From: Octopus vulgaris
Lineage: Eukaryota
Direction: 5' to 3'
Assembly (NCBI GenBank): GCA_951406725.2
Contig: OX597827.1
Coordinates: 76,508,001-76,572,000, forward strand
DNA length: 64,000 nt
Position numbers and translations under genes: made by a program. The notes under the pieces are model-generated. The model was not told where the DNA came from, searched no databases, and was given only the letters and a program-made list of their open reading frames with translations. Positions 12,214-35,656 of the stretch are shown here, one piece after another. Numbering within the stretch: position 1 is the first letter of the stretch; the number at the start of each line of letters is the position of its first letter.

Positions 12214-13217
<1,004 letters not shown>

Positions 13218-13221
13218 ATAC

Positions 13222-13419
13222 ATACACCATGATAGATCGTAAGCCACTGCACATATTTTTTTCTTTCCTTGTTTCTCTCCTTGTTTTTTTTCTGTGTCCC
13301 TTTCTGTAGAAGAGCGTAGGCTCGAAACGTAAAAGACTTTTTCTATTCCTGAGCATTATACTAATATATGTTTGTTTTGTACACCACCTGTCTTCGTCTT
13401 TTGTTTTTTCGTAAACTCT

Positions 13420-13422
<3 letters not shown>
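13222..13422 (+). mobile_element. ~200-bp microsatellite-anchored element carrying a hammerhead-like motif (13300-13335)
   Basis: CTTT-CTGTAGA-A-GAGC-GTAG-GCTC-GAA-ACGT-A-AAAG; homologous copies at 35371-35511 and 54047-54218. Confidence 0.75.
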
Positions 13423-13497
<75 letters not shown>

Positions 13498-13644
13498 ACA
13501 TTTTGCAGCCTTGAATCAGTATGCATGCCCGGCATGCATAGAGTTGTATTTTCAAAGATCAATTCAAATAACGAAAGCTGGCTCATCAAATCAGCAGAAC
13601 ATCGTGGTTACACCAACGATTCAACTCTTGTATTGTATATTACT

Positions 13645-14031
13645 TTCTGTTATAGGCACAAGGGTTGAAATTTGGTGGGGAGGGGGCCAGTCGATTAGAT
13701 CAACCCACTACACAACTGGTATTTAATTCATCTAGCCCGAAAGGACGAAAGACTAAGTTGAATTCGGCGGAATTTGAACTCAAAACGTAAAGACAGACGA
13801 AATGCCTATTTCTTTATTACCCACAAGCACAGAGGGGACAAACAAGGACAGACAAACGGATTAAGTCGATTACATCGACCCCAGTGCGTAACTGGTACTT
13901 AATTAATCGATCCCGAAAGGATGAAAGGCAAGGTCGACCACGTCGGAATTTGAACTCAGAACGTAACGGCAGACGAAATACGGCTACGCATTTCGCCCGG
14001 CGTGCTAACATTCCTGTCAGCTCGCCGCCTT
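13645..14031 (-). mobile_element. SINE family B, head-to-tail dimer
   Basis: Head AAGGCGGCGAGCTG on the minus strand, core repeated twice. Confidence 0.85.
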
Positions 14032-14399
14032 GCGTGCGTGAATGTATATATATATAAACGCGGAGATGATTGTAAGGTTAAAACGTTCACCTCCCAACCA
14101 TGTGGCACCTTTAATACTCAACTTCTCTTTGAATTCCATTTTCACCAATATTTTGTGAGTGAAATTCCGTAGAAGGAAACCTCCTTATGTAAAGGTATTT
14201 ATGTAGTTCTAATTTTCAGACCCATGTTCCAAAATTTTGGCCACGACTGTACATACTGATGCAAACATATAAGAGTAATTTCTTCCAAAATGAAATTATT
14301 TCTACATGAAGAAGGCTGCGAAACGGCTGTAACCCAAAGGATGTCAAGTGATTAAATATATTCACCTCTCATACCTCCTACCTTTTTATGGCTCACACA

Positions 14400-14920
14400 C
14401 AAACACACACATACACACACACATGTATGTATGTATATATCTATATCTATCTATCACTCTCTCTTTCAGTCTCTGTCTATATTCATAGACATCACATATG
14501 TATATACACGTGTACAAAAATGCGCACACACACTTATGTATGTATGTATGCATGTATGTATGCATGCATCCATGCATGTATGCATGTTTGTATGTACGTA
14601 CGTGTGTGTATGTATGTATGTGTGTGTATGTATGTATGCATGTATGTGTGTGTGTATGAATGTGTGTGTGTATGTATGCATGCGTGTGTATGTGTGTGTA
14701 TGTATGTATGTATGCATGCATGCATGTGTGTATGTACGTACGTATGTGTGTGTGTATGTATGTGTGTATGCATGTATGTATGCATGTATGTATGTATGCA
14801 TATATGCATGCATGTATGTACGTGTGTGTGTCTGTATGTGTGTGCGTGTGTGTGTATGTATGTATGTATGTATGTATGTATGTATGTATGCATATACGCA
14901 TGTTTGTATGTATGTATGTA
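14400..14920. repeat. (TATG/TGTG/CATG)n compound microsatellite
   Basis: Direct reading. Confidence 0.9.
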
Positions 14921-15040
14921 AATGTTTATTGAGAGAGAAAGAGAGATATAGTGAATGATTGATTGATACCATGAAAAGGAAAGTTTACAAATAGAAAAAA
15001 AAACTGTACTCATTTGGCGATTGATTGACTGTTATATATT

Positions 15041-15084
<44 letters not shown>

Positions 15085-15234
15085 TGTGTGTATAAACGGG
15101 GAGATGATTGCATGGTTAACACGTTCACCTCCCAACCATGTGGCCCCTTTAATACGCGACGTCTCTTTGAATTTCCATTTTGACCAAAATTTTGTTCGCG
15201 AAATTCAGTAGAAGGAAACAGTTTCAGAATCTCG

Positions 15235-15339
<105 letters not shown>

Positions 15340-15353
15340 GACACACACACACA

Positions 15354-16888
15354 TAGGGTGCGATGGGTAAATTATCGTCATTTTATACTTTTTATTTCGC
15401 GCATGCGCATTTTTATTTTGGATTTTTCGACTACACAGTACAGTAGGGTCAGTTGGGCACCGTCTGTGAGAAAAACAGCAGCATGACATAATTCGCTCTG
15501 CTAGAAATTTGGAAACGACATGCTGTGCTGCTTGGCATTCGCGCCGGAAGCTCCAATACGAACATTTCAGAGTGTTTGGATGTCAGTCTGAGGATTCGGA
15601 AGGAATTGGATGAGTCGAATGGTGATTCCGAAAGTAGGGCAGCTCGGAAGACTCACTCTGATCGTTCTGATAAGAAAAGAACTCCTGAATTTGTTGTTGA
15701 AATCCAGACGGTGATTGACAACGATCCCTTCAAGTCAATCAGGTCCCTCACCAGGGACACGGGTGTACCTGAGTTTCTTATCAGGCAGGAAGTGCAAGAA
15801 GACTGCGGGGTCACTCCGAAAAGCTCTATCTGCGACGATTTCATCTCAATCGAAGGAGAGGGCCTTTCTCCGTCCGGGTTGCGGCTCCGTGGAATAGGCT
15901 GCCGGACGAGATAGTGAAGATGCCGACGATCGCTCGGTTCAAAGTCTCCCTTGACCACAAGTGGCCTGAACTCTTTACATGAACACCACCCTGTACATAA
16001 CTCCATGTCCCCCTACATGGTCTTGCTTTTTGCTTTTTGAGCCAAAAAACTAACTAACTAACTAACTAAGACATTTGGTATTCCTCATACAAGATGAGAC
16101 GGGGACAATTTTTATCCCAAGCCATCAACGACAAGAGGAAAGGCCACGCTACGAAGCTTTTGAACAAACTCAAACATCCATTCCAGCCGAACATAATTTG
16201 GTTTTTCTCAGACGAGAAAAATTTCTGCCAGGATCAGATGGTGAACACACAGAACAACCGTTGGCTTGCCATATCTCCACAAACATCCTGTGAACATCAT
16301 GGGGTTTGGAGCGATCACTCGTGATGGCAACATTATACCCTCATTCATCTTCCCACATGACCTCAGACTCAACAAGAGACCTACATCAAGTGCTTGGAGA
16401 AGATAGTGTTGCCCTGGGTGAAGAGGGTGGCTGCTGGAACACCCTATGTCTGGCAACAAGAACCTACACCATGCCACACAAACAGGAGAGCCCAACCATG
16501 GGTCTCAGACAATTTCTGCAACCACATCACCACTAACATCTATCTGGCCTCTTAACTCCCCAGACTGCAACCCCTTTATTATTATTTGTGGGGCACAGTT
16601 GAACGAGAGACCAACAAAACTCCTTGTAACACCAAAGATGAACTGAAGGCAAGGATTATGGCAGCATTCACCAACTTAAACAAGGTAACTGCCCAGAAGA
16701 GTTGCAGGAGATTCCGACGTCGTCTGGGGGCCGTAGTTGAAGCCAATGGCGATTTTATTGAATCAATTTAATCTTTAGTATTTCAAGATATTTTTGTGTA
16801 ATTTTGGTGAATATATCTGTTAAAATGAGATATCAGTGTTATTTTCATTTTTGCGTAATTTAGACGACAATTTATTCACCGCACCCTA
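15354..16888 (+). mobile_element. Decayed Tc1/mariner-superfamily transposon
   Basis: TIRs TAGGGTGCGATGGGTAAATTATCGTC / GACGACAATTTATTCACCGCACCCTA; FFSDEKNF, WPLNSPDCNP, WGTVERETNK motifs. Confidence 0.85.
15804..16067 (+). mobile_element. CR1-like LINE 3' end nested in the transposon
   Basis: LRGHSEKL..FSVRVAAPWNRLPDEIV..FKVSLD; (AACT)n tail; AAGAC TSD at 15799-15803 and 16068-16072. Confidence 0.8.
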
Positions 16889-16965
<77 letters not shown>

Positions 16966-18379
16966 CTGCGTATGACTGTGTGTATGTGTGTGAGTCACCC
17001 AGATGGGTGTTTGATGTGGGCGTGGATTTACTCGATGGTGTGGAGGTTTTCTCTCGATCTGGATTGGAACATGTGAGATGTAGTTAGAAATATATTCCGG
17101 TAATTTTAGGCGTTTACCGAGATGACGGATTAAACGTTTCCAGTTATATTTGTAGTCATACACTTGTTACATGTTGTTGTGAAAGAAACTCCTTACCGCA
17201 CAGCCACGCCTGCGCCCATGAATATTATCAAATTATTGTGCGCAGGCAATAGCTAAACCGTATTGTAACGTGTATAAGGTACCCCGCCTTTTTTTATATC
17301 AAAAATTAGGTTAAAAAGATATGGGAGTTTCTTATACATGGATAGCATTATAATCCCTCACATAACTTTTTTTCCAAACTTTTAGCTCCCAAAATTACGG
17401 GGTTCCTTATGCACGTTAAAATACGGTACTCAGCCTGTCGCCATGTATGATTTACATCGAGGGAGCAATGGCCAGAGACCAATACAAATTCAGAGAAAGA
17501 ATCAGGAGGAAAATGCAGTAAAGTCAAAAGAAAAACATCAAAATAGATAAATGAATAAACAAGCAAAAAAATGGGGAAAAAAATTGAAGTAATCAGGAAA
17601 ATATAAAGTAAACAGTAAAAAGGTTGCAGCGTGGAAGGTGTTTATAAGCGATTTAAAAATGGCTTTTAAATACCTTCCACGATGCAATTGTTTTTGTTTC
17701 AGTACACGATCTCAGATCAGGTCACTTGCTATGCAAGTACATCTTAAAATAATAAAAAAAAAAAAGGTTTATCAAAGAAATTGTGTTCGAGGGAAGATAT
17801 TAAGTACAGATATAAAATTACATCCCGGAGTAATTTGACCCTTAATTTAAATGAATAATGAAATAAAGGGAAGAAGAGAATAAGGTTTAAAAGGAAGTCT
17901 CGAAGCAAAAGCGGGAGTAGTTGGTGGAGAGCTTCATGTGAGATCTGTTTGAGTCTTCAAATCCCTATTACTATTACACACACACACACACACACACACA
18001 AGCGCGCTAACACGCACACACCAGAGCGCGCGCACACACACAGTCATACGAACTTACACACACATACACGTGTGCCTGTGTTTGTCCTCCATCAGCACTT
18101 GACAACCGGTATTGGTGTGTTTACGTCCCCGTAACTTAGCGGTTCGGCAAAAAAAGATTGATAGAATAAGTACCACGCGTAAAAAAAGGTAAAAAAAAAA
18201 AGTTACGGAGTCTATTGATTTGATTAAACATTCCTCACGGCAATGCCCCAGCATGGCCGCAGTTTATTATTTCATCGACTCCGAAAAGATGTCTTCCTCG
18301 GCGAAATATAAACTCAAAACGTAACGATGGGCGAAATACCGTTTGGCATTCCGACGTGCCAACGATTCTGTCTGCACGC

Positions 18380-18557
18380 TGAAGAACAAATAGGGGCTGC
18401 AATAAGGGTGGGGCACTTGCAGAAAACAGCACTGCTTGGAACCGCTCGAATACTCCGGAAGGTGCTCGAAAAAAAGAGGTGTTACCTTAGTTCACTGGTA
18501 GTGAACAGCTGACACTGTAGTACATATCCAGCGTTAGAAGCCGTGCAAAGGCAACCA
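18380..18557 (+). mobile_element. R4/Dong-like LINE 3' fragment
   Basis: LQKTALLGTARILRKVL, ending in (AAT)n; twin at 59631-59774. Confidence 0.7.
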
Positions 18558-18569
18558 TAATAATAATAA

Positions 18570-18981
18570 TGGTTTCAAATTTTGCCACAAGGGCTGCCAT
18601 TTTTGGGTGTGTGTGTGTGGGGGGAGTGATGAGTCGATTATATCAACCCCAGTATTTCACTGGTACTTAATTTATCAACTCCAAAAGATTGAAGGGCAAA
18701 GTCGACTTCGGCGGAATTTGAACTTAGTATGTAGCGGCAGACGAAATACCTATTTCTTTATTACCCACAAGGGGCTAAACATAGAGGGGACAAACAAGGA
18801 CAGATATAGGTATTAAGTCGATTACATCGACCCCAGTGCGTAACTGGTACTTATTTAATCGACCCCGAAAGGATGAAAGGCAAAGTCGACCTCGGCGGAA
18901 TTTGAACTCAGAACGTAGCGGCAAACGAAATACGGCTAAGCATTTCGCCCGACGTGCTAACGTTTCTGCCAGCTCGCCGCC

Positions 18982-19028
<47 letters not shown>

Positions 19029-19235
19029 TCTTTCTTCTACAGGCACAAGGCCTGAAATTTTGGGGGAGGGGGCAGTCGATTACACCGACCCAGCGTTATT
19101 CACTGGTTCTTATTTCATCGACCCCCGAGAAGATGAAAGGTAAAGTCAACACCGGCGCAATTTGAACTCAGAACGTAAAGACGGACGAAATGCCGCTAAG
19201 CATTCTGTCTGGCGTGCTAATGATTCCACCAACTC
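18570..19235 (-). mobile_element. SINE family B copies (dimer 18570-18983, monomer ~19029-19235)
   Basis: Same head and core as the other B copies. Confidence 0.8.
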
Positions 19236-19657
19236 CAATAATGATTATGATGATGGTGATGATGATGATGATAATAATAATAATAATAATGATGATGATA
19301 ATGATAGTAATGATGATAATAATGATAATAATAATGATAATAATGATAATAATAATAATAATGATGATGATAATGATGATAATGATAATAATAATAATAA
19401 AAATGATAATAATAATGATGATAAAAATGATAATAATAATAATGATGATAATGATAATAATAATAATAATCATAATGATAATAATAATGATAATGATAAT
19501 AATAATGATAATAATAATAATGATGATGATGATGATGATGATTAAAATGATAATGATAATAATAATAATAATCATAATGATAATAATAATGATAATGATA
19601 ATAATAATGATAATAATAATAATGATGATGATGATGATGATGATTAAAATGATAATG

Positions 19658-19721
<64 letters not shown>

Positions 19722-19732
19722 TAATAATGATA

Positions 19733-19763
<31 letters not shown>

Positions 19764-19783
19764 TAATAATGATAATAATGATA

Positions 19784-19814
<31 letters not shown>

Positions 19815-19853
19815 TAATGATAAAAATGATAATAATAATAATAATAATAATAA

Positions 19854-19884
<31 letters not shown>

Positions 19885-19893
19885 AAGAAGAAG
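19236..19893. repeat. (AAT/GAT)n then (AAG)n microsatellite
   Basis: Direct reading; includes an internal ~100-bp duplication. Confidence 0.95.
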
Positions 19894-20060
19894 CATATGA
19901 TATAAATAAAATATGAAATGTTTTGGGGCGTGACTTTTGGCCCGCGCTGTTGTATACTCTTTTGCTCTTTTACTTCTATCAGTCATTTGACTGCGGCCAT
20001 GTTGGAGCACCGCCTTTAGTTGAACAAATCCACCCCAGGTCTTATTCTTTGTAAGCCTAG

Positions 20061-21015
20061 TATTGGGTTTGCAACTAAGTCCCCACCGCTTTTTAAAAGT
20101 TTTGAATCAATTGCGTTTTTAACTTTTGGAATCAATTTTTTTTCGAGAATTCCATTTTTGAGTCATTTTGGAATCTATATATTGTTTTTGTTTTTTGCTT
20201 GTTAATTTTAGTTAATTCTTGTTTATTTTCAGATCATTAAAATGGAATGTCAATTTAAGAAAAACGAGCATTTTCGACACCTCTTTCTTTTTGCTTTTAA
20301 TCAAGGTTCTAAGGCCGCAAAAGGAGGGTCCCATAGCTGGAAGAACCGCTCGTGATAGGCATGCCAAGTTCAAAAATGGAAACTTTGACCTCAAAAACGC
20401 ACCCCGTTCTGGCCGCCCAGTTGAGTTCGATGAAGAGCGATTAAACCAACTTTTGCACGAAAATTCTCGTCAAACAACAAGGGAACTGGCAGAGAAAATG
20501 GAATGCTCCCATATGGCTATAGAGAAGCATCTTCACTCGATGAGAAATGTTCAGAAATATGGAGCATGGGTTCCGCATACTTTAGGTGACAACAACACAA
20601 ATGAAAGAGCCACAATCTCTGCTGGTTTGCTTGTTCGTCACTGCTCAACTCATGGACACAAGCAAGGATTTCTTTATCGTATCGATACTGGCAACGAAAA
20701 ATGGTGCCTGTACATCAATATGAAGCAGCGTAAGGAATGGCTTAGCCCCGGTAAACAAGCGACAGCGCACGTGAAACAAGATCTTTATCCGCGTAAAACG
20801 ATGCTGTGCGTATGGTGGGACTGGGAAGGGATTATCCATTACGAATTGCTTGAACGGAACCAAACGGTCAACACGGAACTCCATGTTCAACAGCTGGCAC
20901 GACTCAACGCGGCTATTTAAGAGAAAAGACCTGATCGGCAGCATGGTGTTTTTCTGCTGCACGACAACGCCCGCCCTTATATCGCCAATATGACAAAGGA
21001 AGCCTTTCAAATGCT
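20061..21015 (+). mobile_element. Mariner transposon, 3'-truncated and decayed
   Basis: TIR TATTGGGTTTGCAACTAAGT; APRSGRP, GAWVPH, TGNEKW, CVWWDWEGIIHYELL, LHDNARP motifs. Confidence 0.9.
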
Positions 21016-21028
21016 CTGTGTGTGTGTT

Positions 21029-21059
<31 letters not shown>

Positions 21060-21061
21060 TT

Positions 21062-21425
21062 CTTTTTTTTTTTACTAGTTTCAGCTCAGAGCTGCGGCCA
21101 TGCTGATGCACCGCCGTTTTGTGCTACACTGTTATTGCGACGAACCTCGTCTAATATGTGGCACTTGGTGAAGAATGGAGTTTGATACAGCTACTCTCAT
21201 TTGCACCTCTTGCCGTGAGGTAGGTTCATGTGGGACTCTTGACAGGAAGATGTCCAGCTTTGATTAAAAAACCGCTACATCTACTTTGTGCAAGTTCCTC
21301 AGACTCTTTGGGAGAATATTAAAAAGCTGTGGGCCCTTGAAACCCAGGCTGTTGCAGAAGCTGGTCCTGAAGCTTGATGGCATTGCTGGGATCTTTGGCA
21401 CTATGCAGTGTCGTCCCGTTCTAGC
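21062..21425 (-). mobile_element. CR1/L2-group LINE 3' end
   Basis: TGRHC..SLGFKGPQLFNILPKSLRNL..F*SKLD.FL..VP; 3' UTR and A-rich tail similar to the SINE A tail. Confidence 0.75.
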
Positions 21426-21740
21426 ATATATATTAAAATGGAACAAAAACGCAATAGAGGACAATAAAACATTCGGATAGACAGACGATAAGAAGGTGGA
21501 CAAGAGAAACAACAATTGGAAGGACGGTGCACAGCTGCATCCGATAAAGTTGCGAGCAGGGGAGCGAACTGCTACCATCTCCTAGCGACGGCACCAAGTG
21601 ACCAGTCTTGGTTTCGGGCTATTTATGCCACTCCTCAGAACTGGACACCTCGCCTGCTAGAGATGATAGCACCTCGCTTCTGCACGCAATATATATATTT
21701 CAAGCGAATACACAGTCGCTGATTTTTGCTTATGTATATG

Positions 21741-21843
<103 letters not shown>

Positions 21844-21992
21844 TATATATACATATGTATACATAATATATATATACCTGCAAATATATATATTATATAT
21901 ACATACATACACACAAAAACATATACATATATAAATATCTCTCTCTATATATACATTTACCAAACTCTGCAAACATTCCAAGAGTCCAAGAA

Positions 21993-22058
<66 letters not shown>

Positions 22059-22195
22059 AAAGGTTGTTTCGTCCTTTAATCTGGAGGATTCCCCCCCCCA
22101 AAAAATAATAAAACGATATCTAATAAAAAATTGTTCATATTTTGCTTGTAGTTTACTGGCCTAAGTTTACGAATATGAAAATGATACTTGTATAT

Positions 22196-22391
22196 GGTGT
22201 GTTATGTGGATTTATGGAAAGGCATCCCATAAAGCTCAACAAAATTGTTAAAAATGGTGAAGAGAAGATGTTAAAATTTTAAGAGAATTTAATTAGAATT
22301 AAATTCTCTTAAATTTTAACATCTCTCCTCCATTTTTAACAAATTTGTTGAGCTTTATGGGATGCCTTTCCATAAATCCACATAACACACC
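22196..22391. repeat. Near-perfect ~196-bp palindrome (fold-back)
   Basis: GGTGTGTTATGTGGATTTATGGAAAGGCATCCC...GGGATGCCTTTCCATAAATCCACATAACACACC, centre ~22295. Confidence 0.9.
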
Positions 22392-22487
<96 letters not shown>

Positions 22488-22630
22488 GATTACTGTTACC
22501 CTTGTACCGAGTCATTGTAAAGTTTTTTTTCCATTATTTTAGTTTGGCTCAAACATTGGATTTCTCGGAATTACGGAGATGTACTTGCATAGCAAGTGAC
22601 CTGATCTGAGATCGCGTGCTGGAACGAAAA

Positions 22631-22833
22631 CAATTGCAGCGTGGAAGGTGTTTATAAGCCATTTAAGAAACACACAAAATCCGTTAGATTCACTTCAACA
22701 TTTAAATTTAATTCGTCAAAATATTTTCGTCGCTTTGAGAACGCGACCTGTTCACTGACAAAATGTTGAAGTGAATCTAACGGATTTTGTGTGTTTCTTA
22801 AATGGCTTATAAACACCTTACACGCTGCAATTG
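22631..22833 (-). mobile_element. Fold-back mini-element: 73-bp inverted arms enclosing a hammerhead-like motif
   Basis: Arms 22631-22703 / 22761-22833 (1 mismatch); related palindrome at ~17624-17687. Confidence 0.8.
22715..22759 (-). ncRNA. Minimal hammerhead motif with G3-C8 core variant
   Basis: GTCA-GTGAACA-G-GTCGC-GTTCTCAAA-GCGAC-GAA-AATATT-T-TGAC. Confidence 0.65.
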
Positions 22834-23250
22834 GTTTTCTCTTTCACCGTTTACTTGTTTCAGTCGTTGCACTGTGGCCATGCTGGAGCCCCACCTTGGA
22901 AAGGAGGTGAAGTGGAACAAATCGAATCCTGATTAAAAAAACAAAAACAAAAACAAAACAGCTAATTGTGTTATCGATTTCTTTTGACAGACCGATAAGC
23001 TCTGGGATACATAAAAGTATCCTTTCTTGTAATCAAGCGATTATGGGAGACAAACACAAAAGCCAAAGACACACACACACGTATTGATGCACATATATAT
23101 GTATATATATATATACACACACATATATATGGATAGATAGATAGATAGATATAGATATTATACGCATATATTTATATATATATATATACATATATATATA
23201 TAGATAGATAGATATAGATATTATACGCATATATATATATATATATATAT

Positions 23251-23301
<51 letters not shown>

Positions 23302-23411
23302 TAGATATTATACGCATATATATAGGGAGAATTGACAAAAAAACAAAAGACGAAGAAAGGTGGTGTAGACAATACATATATATATACGTAACATATGGTA
23401 TAATTATAAAC

Positions 23412-23727
23412 AGGGCCGACCAATGCCTTGTGAGTGGTTTTGGTAGACGGAAACTGAAAGAAGCCTGTCGTATATATGTATTTATATATATGTATGCGTG
23501 TGTGTTTGTGTGTCTGTGTTTGTCCCCCTAGCATTGCTTGACAACCGATGCTGGTGTGTTTACGTCCCCGTCACTTAGCGGTTGGCAAAAGAGACCGATA
23601 GAATAAGTACTGGGCTTACAAAGAATAAGTCCCGGGATCGATTTGCTCGACTAAAGGCGGTGCTCCAGCATGGCCGCAGTCAAATGACTGAAACAAGTAA
23701 AGGAGAGTAAAAGAGAGTAAAAGAGAG
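23412..23727 (+). mobile_element. SINE family A, 5'-truncated
   Basis: Identity to the 38487 copy. Confidence 0.85.
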
Positions 23728-24130
23728 GCAAATTTTAGCCATTTCTCCGCAGAGTGAAATGTTGATGAACAATCAGAGGCGTCCAGCCAAAATTGCGAGG
23801 ATGATCCGGTTCTTGACTGAAGATTGAAGGCTTCGAATGTCCTGTCCGTGTTTTTTGTATCGTCTTCTAAATGTTTTGCGTTCTTGTCCCAGTTTGTATT
23901 TTTTTACATATACATATATTTATATATACCTGCAAATTTGTATATTACACACACACACACACACACATACACACACACACACACAAACATATACATATAT
24001 ACATATCTCTCTATATATACATTTCCCAAACTCTACAAACATTCCAAGAGCCCAAGAAATTGCTGTGTTTGAATTCGTTTTGAGTGGGTCAAGTGTTTGC
24101 CCAGCACTGAACCTACTCTTCATGACAATC

Positions 24131-24359
24131 TATTTCTTTACTACCCACAAGGGGCTAAACACAGAGGGGACAAACAATGTCAGACAAACGGATTAAGTCG
24201 ATTACATCGACCCAAGTGCGTAACTGGTACTTAATTTATCGACCCCGAAGGGATGAAAGGCAAAGTCGATCTCGGCGGAATTTGAACTCAGAACGTAACG
24301 GCAGACGAAATACAGCTACGCATTTCGCCCGGCGTGCTAACGATTCTGCCAGCTCGCCT
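24131..24359 (-). mobile_element. SINE family B monomer
   Basis: Full head, core and tail. Confidence 0.85.
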
Positions 24360-24969
24360 CTTCATGACAATCTGCTCCAATAAAACCATTGGCACAACTC
24401 AAGTTGACCAAGCACCATTGGAACATCAGGGTTCTGTAACACAAGTCCATCTTCTCCTAGAAGGACGATTTACCAAGAGTTAGTGGTCCTTCCCTCTCGG
24501 TCGTTCACATGCTCGTTAGCCCGTAACAGGGTCCCTAACAGGTGCTACTACTCCGGGTCAGAGTGGATCTGTGAACAAGAGGGGCTAAGAGATTATTCTA
24601 GGTTCTTCGATAACCCTGGATTTCCTGTACCAAGGTTCCACCACCGGAGGTAGTTTAAAGCTATACCTAGGGGACACACACACACACATTCACACACACG
24701 TGCCTGTCTGTCTGTATGTTTATCTGTATGGCTAGATGTATGTATACAGCGAGCTTCCACACAGTTTCCATCTACCAAATTCACTCATAAAGCATTGGTC
24801 TATCCGGGAGCCATAGTAGAAGACATCTGACCAAGATGCCACTGAATGAAACTGAACCCGAAACCACAAGGTTGCAGAGCGAGCTCCTTAACCACACAGC
24901 CATTCCTGCTTAATTGTACAAGAAAAGGTGGATATTTTCGTTTATGTAGAAATCCTATGAACTCTGCCA

Positions 24970-25573
24970 AAGGATAAACGTCCTAGGCATCACCCTCTGC
25001 CTACAGAAACCATCAAATATAAACCATATACTAAATCAAACGAGAAACTCACATATATTATCAAAAACTTCCATCATCCGCTCACAATCTTTAAACACAT
25101 AATTAGTAACATTATGAGACAAATCTGAAATGTTTCATTAAAGAAGTTTCCGAAAAGAAAGAGCGGTTTATAAGAGCGGTTTGAAAGATAAACCTACTTA
25201 CGTCCCCGAACTTGCGCCACCTTGCTGTAAGAATAGACCCCCGACAACATAATATATTCCACTCCACCTTTTTTTTAAAGATTAATATTACTTTGCCTAA
25301 GAGACAAACCTTTCCCAGTTCCCCACCGTAACAAACAGAAGATAAAAAAAACACTTTAACCAAAACTGCATAAAAGTTAGTTACTTGTGTACCAATAACA
25401 CGTAAACAATCAAAACTCAGAAGCCAAGGCAACCAATGGTTTCATTTTAAGAGATCTTCACAATTTTTCAAACGTGCCACATGGAAGTGGTGGTATTCGT
25501 TTCAATTTTGGATGGAAAACTCATCCAAAATGGAGATACACAAACATACATCCAAACTGGAGATAAATAACAC

Positions 25574-25610
<37 letters not shown>

Positions 25611-25730
25611 TACGATGTGAAAGGATGCAACATATGCATAGCCGAAAAGTTCCCCTTATGGAAAAACATATCAACACATTATCTACTTACAAGATCTGAA
25701 CTTTTCGCGAAGTGTCACCATTTCGATGTA
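24970..25730 (+). pseudogene. Highly decayed Penelope-like RT/GIY-YIG remnant
   Basis: YKPYTKSNEKLTYI..HHP and CNICIAEK..LLTRSELFAKCHH motifs. Confidence 0.5.
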
Positions 25731-26179
25731 TTCTTGGTTGTATTCTGGAAACTCACACAAAGACAATGATCAGATTAAGCACATTTAACATTAAGCAAAC
25801 TGTTGCATATTCTGCACTGGTGAACCGTCTTACCTTTCCACGTGTTGCTTCATTTTCCAACTTTACCCCGATTATTATTCAATCTGATTAATGACATTAA
25901 TTTTCGTTACCAAACACCATAAGTAATATCTAGTCCCGTCTTTTGTTTGCCTTTGAATTTTTCCTGCTAGGAATCCAGCATTTTACTTCAAAAATTCACA
26001 CACGTGGCCTCGGAGCTGATACAATGAACAAACTCTTGCTGTATGCCAGTGAGTTCCGCCCCTTATATCAACTTGCACAGAGCCGGATGTGCTCTGCTCC
26101 ATGGGAGTTCGACCACGTGATGAATAAATGTTATGCTGCCCGTTTATTCCACGAATACGTTTGGGGAATGAACATCTGA

Positions 26180-35370
<9,191 letters not shown>

Positions 35371-35372
<2 letters not shown>

Positions 35373-35509
35373 TCTCCTTGCGTCCCTTTCTGTAGAAGAG
35401 CGTAGGCTCGAAATGTAAAAGACTTTCTCTATTCCTACGCGTTATACTAATACATCAGTTTGTTTTGTACACCACCTGCCTTCGACTTTTGTTTTTTTTC
35501 GTAAACTCT

Positions 35510-35511
<2 letters not shown>
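35371..35511 (+). mobile_element. Copy of the 13222 hammerhead-bearing element (motif 35386-35421)
   Basis: CTTT-CTGTAGA-A-GAGC-GTAG-GCTC-GAA-ATGT-A-AAAG, flanked by (TA)n. Confidence 0.75.
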
Positions 35512-35561
<50 letters not shown>

Positions 35562-35656
35562 TAAAGTAGCGAGGAAATGCACAGAATTAGGGCATTTAAT
35601 TTAATTTAATTCAATCTAATTTGGTTACGTAACGAATGATAAAAAATAAAAAGTAG

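Noticed and set aside
14306-14334. ATGAAGA..GAAACGGCTGTA hammerhead remnant
   Set aside because: Stems I and II cannot be paired convincingly
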